Shown: positions 40,022-50,525 of the stretch, one piece after another | How positions within the stretch are numbered: the stretch's first letter is position 1 | Layout of the letters: every line of letters begins with the position of its first letter | Origin: Macrostomum lignano | Taxonomy: Eukaryota | DNA length: 64,000 nucleotides | NCBI GenBank assembly: GCA_002269645.1 | Contig: NIVC01001798.1 | Location: 171,987 to 235,986, forward strand | Direction: 5' to 3' | The notes under the pieces: model-generated | What the model was told of the DNA's origin: nothing | Seen by the model: the letters and a program-made list of their open reading frames with translations, nothing else | Databases searched by the model: none | Translations under genes and position numbers: made by a program

Positions 40022-42919
40022 AAACAGTCCGGAGAACTCGTTAAAAGATTAGGAATAGCAAAATCTGGTGAGTTGCGATCTGGTCGCAGCCATTTTTTAT
40101 CGAAACTTTTTTACCACAATACAGCCTGATGCTGTTGTCCGTTTCTTCCACTCTATTTATTTAAGTTATGACGCGCTTGAAATTAATTCACTTTTTACTA
40201 ATATCGCTACTATTTATTTTCAGTAGTATAGATAGAAAAGAAAAATCCTAAATGTTGATTTAAATTTTGCGTCAAAGTGGATAAATTGTGCAATGTGCCA
40301 CTTGCTTTATCAAATATATTTCTATTGATTATAATATTATACTGACAGAGCTGTGTATAAATTTACTGTGTTATAAAATCACTAGACTTTAAACAGCTTT
40401 ATTGGTTTTCCTCTACAAGCAGCCAATTCATACACGTAAAATCTACAATAAAATTCAATTTTTGTTTTCATTGTTTTAATTTTCGTCCATTTTTATAATT
40501 CTATCTTGTACTGCTGCCCTCTGTCTGCTGTCTGCCTGTCTGCATGCCTATTTTCAATATTTTAAACCCGCATCCTTTACAAGTTTACTGCACTCACATA
40601 GATTTTATTATGTAGTTGCAAATTAGTACCGCTTGAATTTGAATTAACTCAATTATATAATTCAGAAAGATTTTCATTTATTTAAAAATCTTATTATTCT
40701 TGGTTTTAAAGTATATTAATTTTTGAATTGTTTGGGCTAAAATTATTTTATACTAGCATTGTATTTTTGAACTTCGTATTGTTGCACTCGATTGAATAGC
40801 GAATCTAAATGCGGTAGTAAATTGGGTACATATTAGGAAAATTTGCAATTTTTATACAATTTTTAATAAAAAATTTTGGTATTAAAACAGTTTACAGACT
40901 ACTGAATTCAGCTAAGAGTTAATTCTCTAAAAGAATTGTTATGACGTTTGTGTCTCGTTTCTAAAATGCTTCCTAGAATCATGACTATGCCAAATTTAAA
41001 TAGCTTATGTAAACCGGTTTTCTCACAGCGCAAATATTTTTAATTAATGACTGAAGGATATCGACAAAGTAAAGGTTAAGTGCCTTTTTTGTTTTGTATC
41101 TGTTAATTTGATGGCCTACTTGTTATTTTATGCAATAAAGTTCTCTTATTTATTTTTAATTTGACATCTAATCCAACAACGAATTAAACGAAATATGTAC
41201 GTCGTACGTTCTAAATTCTAATTGAATTAAGTAGGCCTAAGTCATGCGACGTATGACTAGGGCCTAGCTAGCGCTTAGTGACTTCAGTGCGGGTCATATT
41301 ACTTGCCATATGAGTATGGAAGTCAAATTTTAGAAAAAATTAGGTCTTTTTGCAAATATAACTTTCCAATGCAAATACATTGAATAAAAGGCAAACTGCT
41401 AGTGAAAAAATACCTTGCCATAGGCCCTTAGTGAAAAACTTTGAACATTTGAGTATGTAACTTGCTTTTATTGAGTTGATTACAAACGAACATCTCATCT
41501 TTTTTTATAAAAATTGCTTCTTGAAAAATTTTAAAATGTTTTTTATTCAATACAAATTTAAGATTTATCGAGTATCCTGCAGAATTGTTCATGTAATTAT
41601 TTTTTCATTTGAATTCATATGGTGATGTGTCCATAATTCCAAAAATGATGTCTGTTGGTTTGCCACATTGGGTAGGCTCTAACATGAACTGTGATGCAAG
41701 AAATACATCTAGTTTACCTTTTATTATTTCAATGTTATTTTCTTAGCCTACATTATTCTAAACTCTAAAGTTAGGATGCAAGTTATTTCTATTAAGAAAA
41801 AAAATTAACAAATGATTCTGCAGGATAGCTGATTTATCTTTATATTTGGCTAGACTTGAGGCTAGAGGCAGCCACTAATATATAAGGCCTATCAAGACAA
41901 AGATATGCCAAACTAGCATATACTGCCTTAGCTTAGGACTTTAGGTTGTAACCAGAGTCACTCTGTTTCTACTCTTTGAGTCTCAATCAGTCTGTGCATA
42001 GTTCTTTAAAATTGGCCATTTCTTTTGATAGTAATTGTCTTCATTGCCTTGGCAACTGGCTGGCTTTATTATGGTGATCTTCTTAGTGGCAGCAAATTCT
42101 TTGAGCTTCTTTGCAGTGATTTTCTTGGGCTTTGCCATGAAAACATTGGTGGCATTAAGGTGGCTGTTGACACAAATGTGCTCTGCCAAGGCATCTTTGA
42201 GCTTTAAGATATTGATGCAATAGCCAAGGCCTTAATCTATATCTTGCAGCCATTGGTAAGTAGGATAGCCTCAATCACCATTGATTATATTGGTACTACA
42301 GCTGGTTTCCAGTTGATTCGTCTGCCGCCAATTCGTCTGCTCAGCAGACGAACTGGCAAACGAATTCGTCTGCTAGCCAATAAGATTAGAGGAAGAAAAG
42401 GAGGGAAAGGGTGATGGAAACCTGCTTTAATCTTCTTTTAATGAATGATTTTCTCGCTGTATATAGTATAGGCTATATGTGTAGTGTAACAGTGTTATAT
42501 AGTACATAAATATTCAGAATATGTAATACAATATGGTAACTGCACAACTCGTGACTCGATCTCCTAATCTACAGTTAAAAACAAGTGCTTATTGTATTTC
42601 CTAAATTGCTAAAAATATGGTGTACCTAAAAATTAGGTACTGAGCTATTTCTGAAGTACATGATTAGTTCGCGTATTTTTTACATTAGACTTTTTTATTT
42701 CAACGCACTGAGAATATTACGTTTTAATTTGTTATACAGCTGGATGACTCTTAATTTTAACATATTTAACAAGAGCCTGGTAAAACGCGCGGATTTTGAA
42801 CGCTTGAGCTCTAATCCCCACTATTTTTGCCAAAAAACCTTATTTTGAAGTCATACTCGAACAAAAACTTGTTGATGGTTTGAATAGAGGTTTAAAAATG
42901 GAGTAATTCAAGTGAAAAT

Positions 42920-43160
42920 AAGAGGGTGAGAGGGTGAGTCAGAGAGTGGTGAGAGGGTGAGTGAGAGAGTGGCGAGAGGGTGAGAGGGTGAGTGGTGAGA
43001 GGGTGAGAGGGTGAGTAAGAGAGTGGCGAGAGGGTGAGTGAGAGAGTGGCAAGAGGGTGAGAGGGTGAGTGGTGAGAGGGTGAGAGGGTGAGTAAGAGAG
43101 TGGCGAGAGGGTGAGTGAGAGAGTGGCGAGAGGGTGAGTCAGAGAGTGGTGAGAGGGAGA
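42920..43160. repeat. GAGAGGGTGA-type repeat inside the MULE
   Basis: Direct reading. Confidence 0.9.
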
Positions 43161-44144
43161 GTTCATAAGATTAAGAATGTCTCCAAATTTGCAGGTTTAA
43201 TTTATTGCCCAAGCTATCTATCGCGAGAAAAATCTGTTAGTGCGTAGCATGGGCTCCAAGATTATACATGTAGTAACATTAATAAAGTTGTCCAAGTGTG
43301 TAGCAATTAGCTGGCAATATAGAGAACAAATCATGTGTTGTGCATTGATAGCGGGGGGGTGCATTGTGTTGCTAAGCCGCTGCTATATGCATGGTTAGTC
43401 GAGACCAGTCGAGGAATTTACTAAGCCTTGAAGTTCTAGCAATGCTGTATGACGCAATTTGGTATGTGCAAAGATGCATGGGACTAAACTTGCAGAATAA
43501 GAACGAATCAATTATATAATAGAATAGAATAATAGAATAGAATTCTTATAGAATGAGTACGAACCACCAATTCCAATCCATTTGTAAACAATCAATTGCT
43601 TCACTTATAAATTTCACTCACCAGTTTTAGCACGTCAGTAACACTAAGTCTAACTCACACAAAACCTTATTGTTCTCCACGTTGTGTTAGTTTGTTTTGC
43701 TTAACTGTTTCGTATTTAGCTTTTATACAAGCTATAGAAGAGAACAAAATGACATCACGAACTTATTATGCACCACACATGTTATTTACGAGCATGCTGT
43801 AATTGCAATATATTTAACCTAAATCGTAATTACGTGAAAGACAAAGCCTTCCACTGCAAAATGTATATCAAATGCCTTAACCTACAGGCTAGGTGATAAT
43901 AAATCATACACGATGCAAATACATACACATACAGTACGCACGCCTGCTTTCATTACTTTTATAATTAGTTCAAGATAAAAAATGGGAATCCCAAAAAAGT
44001 TATAATGGGATAGAAGCTGATAAAAGCTAAAGTGAATAAGTGAATCGATGAAATAGGTGAATGAATAAATGAATGAATGCGTGTAAGCTAGGGACTGGTT
44101 AGAGAACTGAGATGTTCGCAAAGTGTTCAGCAAATTCAGGAAAA

Positions 44145-46642
44145 TCACGCAGTAGACAATTTGGTGAACTTGGCTGTGAGCTGGGTGCAAATAATCAGAA
44201 GGCGCAGGACGTCAGCTTCTTCGCGAGCGCTGCTCTCGAACTCACGCCAGGCAGATTGAAGCTTCTCCTCTCGTCGCCTGTAAACTGGCCTCACTCGCCG
44301 TGCGACACCGACTGAAGCTTGCAGCTGTTGAGCTTGCAGGACTGCCAATGTCGATTGCTGCGCCAGAAGGTCTGCCAAAGCGTACAAATTCAGGTTGCCT
44401 TTCCTGGCTCGTCGATTGAGGGCCAGGTGCCAGCCCTCGACTGAATTGTTTGTGCGCTCCCTCTGCCTGTAGACAGATAGTTCGTCCAGACTCCAGATAC
44501 TGCTTGACAGCCATGTCTGCTCCACGTAGCGACACAGCCGCACTAATGCCTCGGAGTTTGCTGAATCCACCAGAGTTCCGAATGCAGTATAGATATGCGG
44601 CGCTGGCAGGTAGATGAGAGCCATCAGCTTCTTGCAAAAAAGCTGTGTCTCCTTATCGGTTGTGTAGGTCGCGGAAAGGCCAAGGTCTTGAATTTTTCGA
44701 AAAATGCTCTGTGCGAAGTGAAATGAGCATCCCTGCAGCTGAGCGTCGGGGCAGGTTTGATGCAAAGCCTCCCACATAGCTGCTTCAAAGTCGAGCACAG
44801 CTGCCGTGGGTCGAGCTCCTGTCAGCTCGATCAGCCGCTCAAGTACATGAACGTAGTCGTGTTTTGATTTTCCAGACATAAGGATGAAGCACAGAGGTAC
44901 CTGCTTTTCCTTTCCGTCTTGATGGATAAGACCGTGAACTAAAAATGTACAGGATTGGATTAGTATTTGGTATTAAACGTTTAGTATAGTTGGATTTAGT
45001 ATTTACTAGTTTAGTATCAGTAGTAAGATTTAGTTATATAGATTAGTATTAAAGGATTTAAAGCAAATTAAAAAGTAACTCACCGGAATAAAGCTGCATA
45101 AACGGATTTTTAACAACGTAGAATGTTCCATCCATGAACCATTGATTCATAGTAGTCAGAATCTCCAGTTGCTCATCAGTGGCAAACAACAAATGGCGCT
45201 TATGGGTTCTGGCCACGGTGATGTCCGCTTTAAGAAAGTTGGAGGGGAGGGCCAGCTCTTGAAGTTCAAATCGAAGATCATGTGAATGATGAGGCTGGCT
45301 TCCTGCGCGATATCGGTTAGCGTTTCTAGCCAGCTGCTCAACTGCTGGAAGATTAGCGCCCTGCTCACCTCGCAGTGCCTGTGCTATTAGGGCGCTTTCA
45401 GCAATCTCTGCCGCTGATTCAAATCGGCATCGCTTTGCTTCGTGTTTCACTTCCCATTGAATTTCTCTTTTGAGACCGCCGGCCATGTTGGGCTCGCAGA
45501 TGTGTTGTCGGCTTACGTGAAAAGCGCCATCAATTGTCTCTTTAACGGAGCCGTTACAGGTCAAAGCACCGTTTCGAACCACGCATTTCCAGTATTTACA
45601 CCCAGCTTTACCTCCATTTCTTCCCAGAATATAACCACGGGAAGATACAAGCAAATCGCCGCCACGTTCGCTTACGCCCCGCTTTAGTTGAAACTGCTCT
45701 GGCTCCACGTGCATTACTTGAGCAGGAAGAGCTGCCGGTGGCGCGGCGAAAGCTGCTGGTGGATCGGCAAAAGCTGGCAGATCGGCGAAAGCTGCTGGTG
45801 GATCGGCAAAAGCTGGCAGATCGGCGAAAGCTGCTGGTGGATCGGCAAAGGCTGCAGGCAGATCGGCGGGAGCTGCTGGTGGCTCGGCGAAAGCTGCTGG
45901 TGGATCGGCAAAGGCTGCAGGCAGATCGGCGGGAGCTGCTGGTGGCTCGGCGAAAGCTGCTGGTGGATCGGCAAAGGCTGCAGGCAGATCGGCGGGAGCT
46001 GCTGGTGGCTCGGCGAAAGCTGCTGGTGGATCGGCAAAGGCTGCAGGCAGATCGGCGGGAGCTGCTGGTGGCTCGGCGAAAGCTGCTGGTGGATCGGCAA
46101 AGGCTGCAGGCAGATCGGCGGGAGCTGCTGGTGGCTCGGCGAAAGCTGCTGGTGGATCGGCAAAGGCTGCAGGCAGATCGGCGGGAGCTGCTGGTGGCTC
46201 GGCGAAAGCTGCTGGCGGATCGGCTGAACCCAGATCAGAAAACTGGCTTGTGCCAACCTTACCAGTACCATTGAGCGTCTGCGTCTGTGTGTGAAAAATT
46301 TGTTATCGCTTTGTTATCACTACGAGATTTACATCAAGCTTAAACTTTGCAGCATGACCGAAAATATCAACAATTACATGTACCGTAGCATAGCATGTAA
46401 ACAGTAATTAATATATAATAGAATCCTTTATACTACAGTAGCTGCTGCCAGTCTCTTACCTCATTTTTTCCAGTGCACTTTGAGCATTGCCAATTAAAGG
46501 AATGTTCCATCAAAGCATGGTATTCCTTTCGGCTCAAACCAGTGCCGCAAAGACGGTGCTGCCATAGCTGACAAGAATCGCACTGTAAAGCATGCTGCCG
46601 ATAACTCACTTCTTTCTGGCATTCAATGCACATGTCAGTCAT
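44145..46642 (-). CDS. MULE transposase with N-terminal PHD finger, Pro/Ala repeat linker and FLYWCH-like zinc finger, ~712 aa
   Basis: Exons 46642-46460, 46284-46263, 46223-45084, 44938-44145 (2139 nt, phase-consistent). PHD C4HC3 (CIEC..CDSC..HRLC..CSKC); YWKC-x8-C-x17-HIC; catalytic WFMDGTF, AVLDFE, CSFH, RTNNSVEGWH. Confidence 0.9.
45725..46223 (-). repeat. Coding 63-bp tandem repeat within the transposase (ADPPAAFAEPPAAPADLPAAF)
   Basis: About 7 near-identical copies plus shorter units, in frame with the downstream MHVEPEQF. Confidence 0.9.
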
Positions 46643-47797
46643 ATTTCAGTAGCGCACACACTATATTGAATGTGTTTTTGTTATAACTATTAAAATGAAT
46701 CCTTTAACACGTTGAATATTTAACTGTCATCTTATTGAAATGATGTTCAAAACGATGGCTTTATTAAAACTGTATACAAAAACTTTAGCTGGGGTGGATG
46801 CGATGTAATGAAGAATTGAGTGGTAGGAGCAGGCCTAATTTCATTGGTTGCCGCAGCAGACGAGTAGGCAAAACGTTGCAAACCAATTCGTCTGCTGAGC
46901 AGACGAACTGGCGGCAGACGAATTGACTGGCACCCCTACAGCTTGGAAGTCCAAAAGTGTAGCTCATTTTTTCATGGTTCTTTGCTCACAGTAGCTGGTA
47001 GCAATCTCTTAGCCTTGCCCCTTCATTTCATTGAGACATGCAAAGTGCCTTGTTCTCTTATTCTTCTTGTTTAGTAGCTAGTTCAATAGGTGTTGGCTCT
47101 GGCATAACTTCTGATAGTTCCTATATAAGTAATAGAGACAAATTCAGCAGACTATAAAATGTCTTTTTTGTAGTCAATGATGGGCTCTCTCAATATTTAG
47201 GATAATGACTTAGTAGCTGACTCTCAGTATAGTGGCTCTGAGAAAATGTCTTTGAAATGTTAGCTCTTTGAATAGTGGGGGTGTTTGGCTCTGTGAACTA
47301 TAGAGCCTTCTTGGCTACAGAGGGCTTTTATTTATAGGTGGGCTAGCAGGTAACTGGACTGCATCAATGTGTTTTCCATACCTAGGGTAGGCCTGCTAGT
47401 TTTGGTAGATTTGACACAAAAATTTTTAGGTTTTTTATTTATGCTTATAATGTTATTATTTTTAAAATGTTTTTTTAGTAATGTGTCAAATTAAAGATCA
47501 TACTTTGTAGATTAATATTATTTACAGATTTGCTCTATGTACAATATGTCAGATTTTATGAGCAGATAACTATTAGTAATATGCTATTTTTACTAATTTG
47601 CACTGTTTCTAATGGCATTTTGCTTATGTCTAGGGCCTGATTGTGATCATAATCATGTTTACAAATTTCTGATTTTGCAACCAATAAACCCATGGTTGTG
47701 ATGATTTCCCACTGAATTTTTCATTGTGATTTCTGTATGTCAATTGATTTTAAAAAAATAAGTACAATAATATCATTGAAAATCATTTGAAAATGAA

Positions 47798-48070
47798 AAA
47801 TATAGAAACAACAGTTTGAATTTTTTATGAAAAGCTTTATTATATAATTTACATTTTTCTTTCATTGCACTATAAATATATTCCACCATAGAAAAACAAG
47901 TTTAAGTTACAGACTTTAATATTATATATTAAAACAAATATTTTATTTTTTACTTCTACAACTAGACTACTAAAATAGCATAGATTTCTGTTTATTGCAT
48001 ATTAATGAAATGAAAAATGTAAATTATGTAGTAAGCTTTTCATAGAAAAATTCAAATTGTTCTTTTAGTA
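47798..48070. repeat. AT-rich imperfect inverted repeat (~70-bp arms), possible MITE relic
   Basis: TTTGAATTTTTTTATGAAAAGCTTTATTATATAATTTACATTTTTC (~47816) is the reverse complement of GAAAAATGTAAATTATGTAGTAAGCTTTTCATAGAAAAATTCAAA (~48012). Confidence 0.6.
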
Positions 48071-49359
48071 TTTTAATTATTTTTAAATATGTTAAATGAC
48101 CCCTTGTACCCCTTTTCTTAAAACCTATTGCACACTTTCAGGCCTAGAAAGAGTGTCCTTAGCTTTATTAAATTCATTCCAATAGGGTTTCGGCATAGCT
48201 GCACAAGCAAATTTTCATGAGCATGCTAGATGCTATCTGCAAAAACCCCTATTTACTCCAATAGCTAGTCTTAAATGTAGTAGTAGTAGTGTTCCACTAT
48301 AAGGAGGGTCCATGTGCCATAGCTCTAGCCATAAGCAAAACTATAGCTTATTCTAATTCTCTATATTCTGTAGCTACCAGGTATAAGGACTCCAATATTA
48401 CTATATTCCCATAGTTCCTATAGCCATAGCCATAGTTTTAATGAAAAGTCTAGGAAAAAAATATTTTGAATCAGGAGATAACAAGTTTCAAAGTCCATAA
48501 TACAGTTTACCAAAGTATCTTTGTTTTATTCTACCTGTTTCTTATATATTTTTTTTAAATTAATAACTTTGGCTATGTTAATCTACAGAATATGACAGCA
48601 ACTACACCATATTTCTACAGTCATAGCCATATGAGCAGCTATCTACCATAGGTATATCTATAGTTGCTGTAGGCACATATTTTACCATATTTGCTGCAGG
48701 ATCTCATAGCCATTGTTATAGCTATGGAAGAACACTAGTATCTAGACTGTTATTTTAGAATCAAGGTTTTAGGTCCATGATGTAAAAATCACTAGGGTTC
48801 TGAATAAAAAACAAGCTAAACTTCATCAAATCATCTAATCTGATCACCTGCTAAGTATTTCTAATCAACCAAAGCAATAAAGACAATTCAAATTGTTTTG
48901 TTTGGAATATTTATTTATTTGCTGCTTTTTTGTATTACAACTTTTATCTACATCGATTGTATGTTTAGTGCAGTGTTTTGCTGCCATGCCATATCGGATT
49001 TCAGTGAGAAAATAGATGGCCAACATTGAAAACTGTTTGTAAAAGGGAAGGGGATCAGCAATACAGCTGATGCAATGCAGAATGTTTCCTACTGTGTAAT
49101 TTATGTATATGCATAAGAGAGGTAGATAAAGCAGCTTGTAAACTAGCTACAGACAGTTATCTTAGCTTGATAAAAGTTTAGTTTGTTTGAGGTCCAAAGT
49201 TTGTTATAAGTGCATTATGTACAGGTTTTGCGAATGGAACTTTAACCATGTGCATGCACGCAACAGTCTACTCAGTGTTCAGTAGTAACATTTGTAAATT
49301 GTATTGCAAATTTATTCAAAGCTGTAGCGCCATTTTCTTTGAATCTTTGATGGCTAGGC

Positions 49360-50525
49360 TTAGCCGTCAAGCTTCTTGTAGCAAATAAAGAAATTGTGCT
49401 TGTAGCAGTTGATATCGTGCCACTTATAATCAGTAGCCTTAGAGTTAGCTCGCATTGCCATGCAGTGCTCGTGCTTCCGTCTCATATCCGGCTGCCTGTT
49501 GCCCCAATTGGCGTAGCCAATGTCATCTATTAGTCGATTATCGGCTAGCCAGCGCCACTGGCCTTCGAATGCCAGGTCTGTTGCTCCAATCCAGAATTGC
49601 TGCTTCTGCACATTCAACGACGGTCGCCATTCTAAAGAGAGAGGAACAGTTTGTTTTAATGAGGCTAGTTATACAATTTTTACATCCCATTATGGTTTCT
49701 CAGCAGCTGGATGGCATGGCTAAAGTAAAGAATTGCTCAGAGAGGACCATACGTGAAATCGGTCTAGTGGACAGAGGGAGGATAGCGATTGCATATTTAA
49801 CCTACAGATATGAAGGTTCACGCTTGATTTCCAGGCTCGTTTTTTACCAGTGAAATTGCTGTCTATGGCCAAATCAAGAATTGCTCAACGAGCTTAAGGT
49901 TAATTGGCCTCGTTTCGAATTATCAAGCTTAATTTTTAGTGAGTTTTGGTCATAGACGCTTATGTGGGGCTTCCGAGATCTGTAGAATAGTACGCTCTTT
50001 ATTCTTTTGGTATCTATGACAGAAAGACCTAGTTGCGTATTGTTGTTTTAAACTTACGTAGACTGGCTTTAATCTCGTTAGCAACGAAACTCTGCTCCTG
50101 TAGCGAAGTGATCTCGGCTAGGACGGAGTTCATCGCTTCGCAATAGCCTTTAGCGGAGATCCAGCTAGCCTTGAGAAGTACCACCTTGAAGCAGCGTCGA
50201 GCGTGTCTTGGCTCGCGTTTAAATCCTCGTGGGCAGAGCGGGCCGGCGCGTCGACTTAAGTCGTAGGTGATGCTGTAGGGGCCGTCTGCAGTTAAGGTTT
50301 CGATACATTGTAAATAAGCCTAAATAAGTAGTTAAAATTCTTCATTCACTACTCACCAACGCTGCTAATTCGCGATGCACCAATGCCGACGTTGATTGAC
50401 GCCGCTTCTATCGTTGAAAATTGTTGAACTAGCGCGCTTAAGCATAGCACAGCTAGCCATTGTACTGTTAGTAGCTTGAATGATTTGTTGTTCTTATTAG
50501 TTTCTGAGCCTATTGGCAGCGACAT
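49360..50525 (-). CDS. Secreted single-domain C-type lectin (QPD motif), 3 exons, ~222 aa
   Basis: Exons 50525-50357, 50285-50058, 49631-49360 (669 nt, phase-consistent). Hydrophobic N-terminal segment FKLLTVQWLAVLCLSALV; CPRGF..RCFKV..SWISAKGYC..LAEI; FWIGATDLAFEGQWRW; WGNRQPD; EHCMAM; WHDINC..FIC. Confidence 0.9.

Larger units (their letters stand above)
42304..46935 (-). mobile_element. Apparently intact autonomous Mutator-like (MULE) DNA transposon, 4632 bp
   Basis: Left TIR GGTTTCCAGTTGATTCGTCTGCCGCCAATTCGTCTGCTCAGCAGACGAACTGG aligns with the right-end reverse complement GGGTGCCAGTCAATTCGTCTGCCGCCAGTTCGTCTGCTCAGCAGACGAATTGG; perfect 8-bp TSD CTACAGCT at 42296-42303 and 46936-46943; internal transposase gene. 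Confidence 0.92.
41983..47120 (-). pseudogene. Decayed CpG-free reading frame (47120-46936 joined to 42295-41983) interrupted by the MULE insertion; product unknown
   Basis: Removing the transposon and one TSD gives 166 codons without indels: ELSEVMPEPTP...MSYTFGLPSC|STNIINGD*GYPTYQWLQDID*GLGYCINILKLKDALAEH...NYAQTD*. Five internal stops (TGA or TAA), last 84 codons open. Confidence 0.35.
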
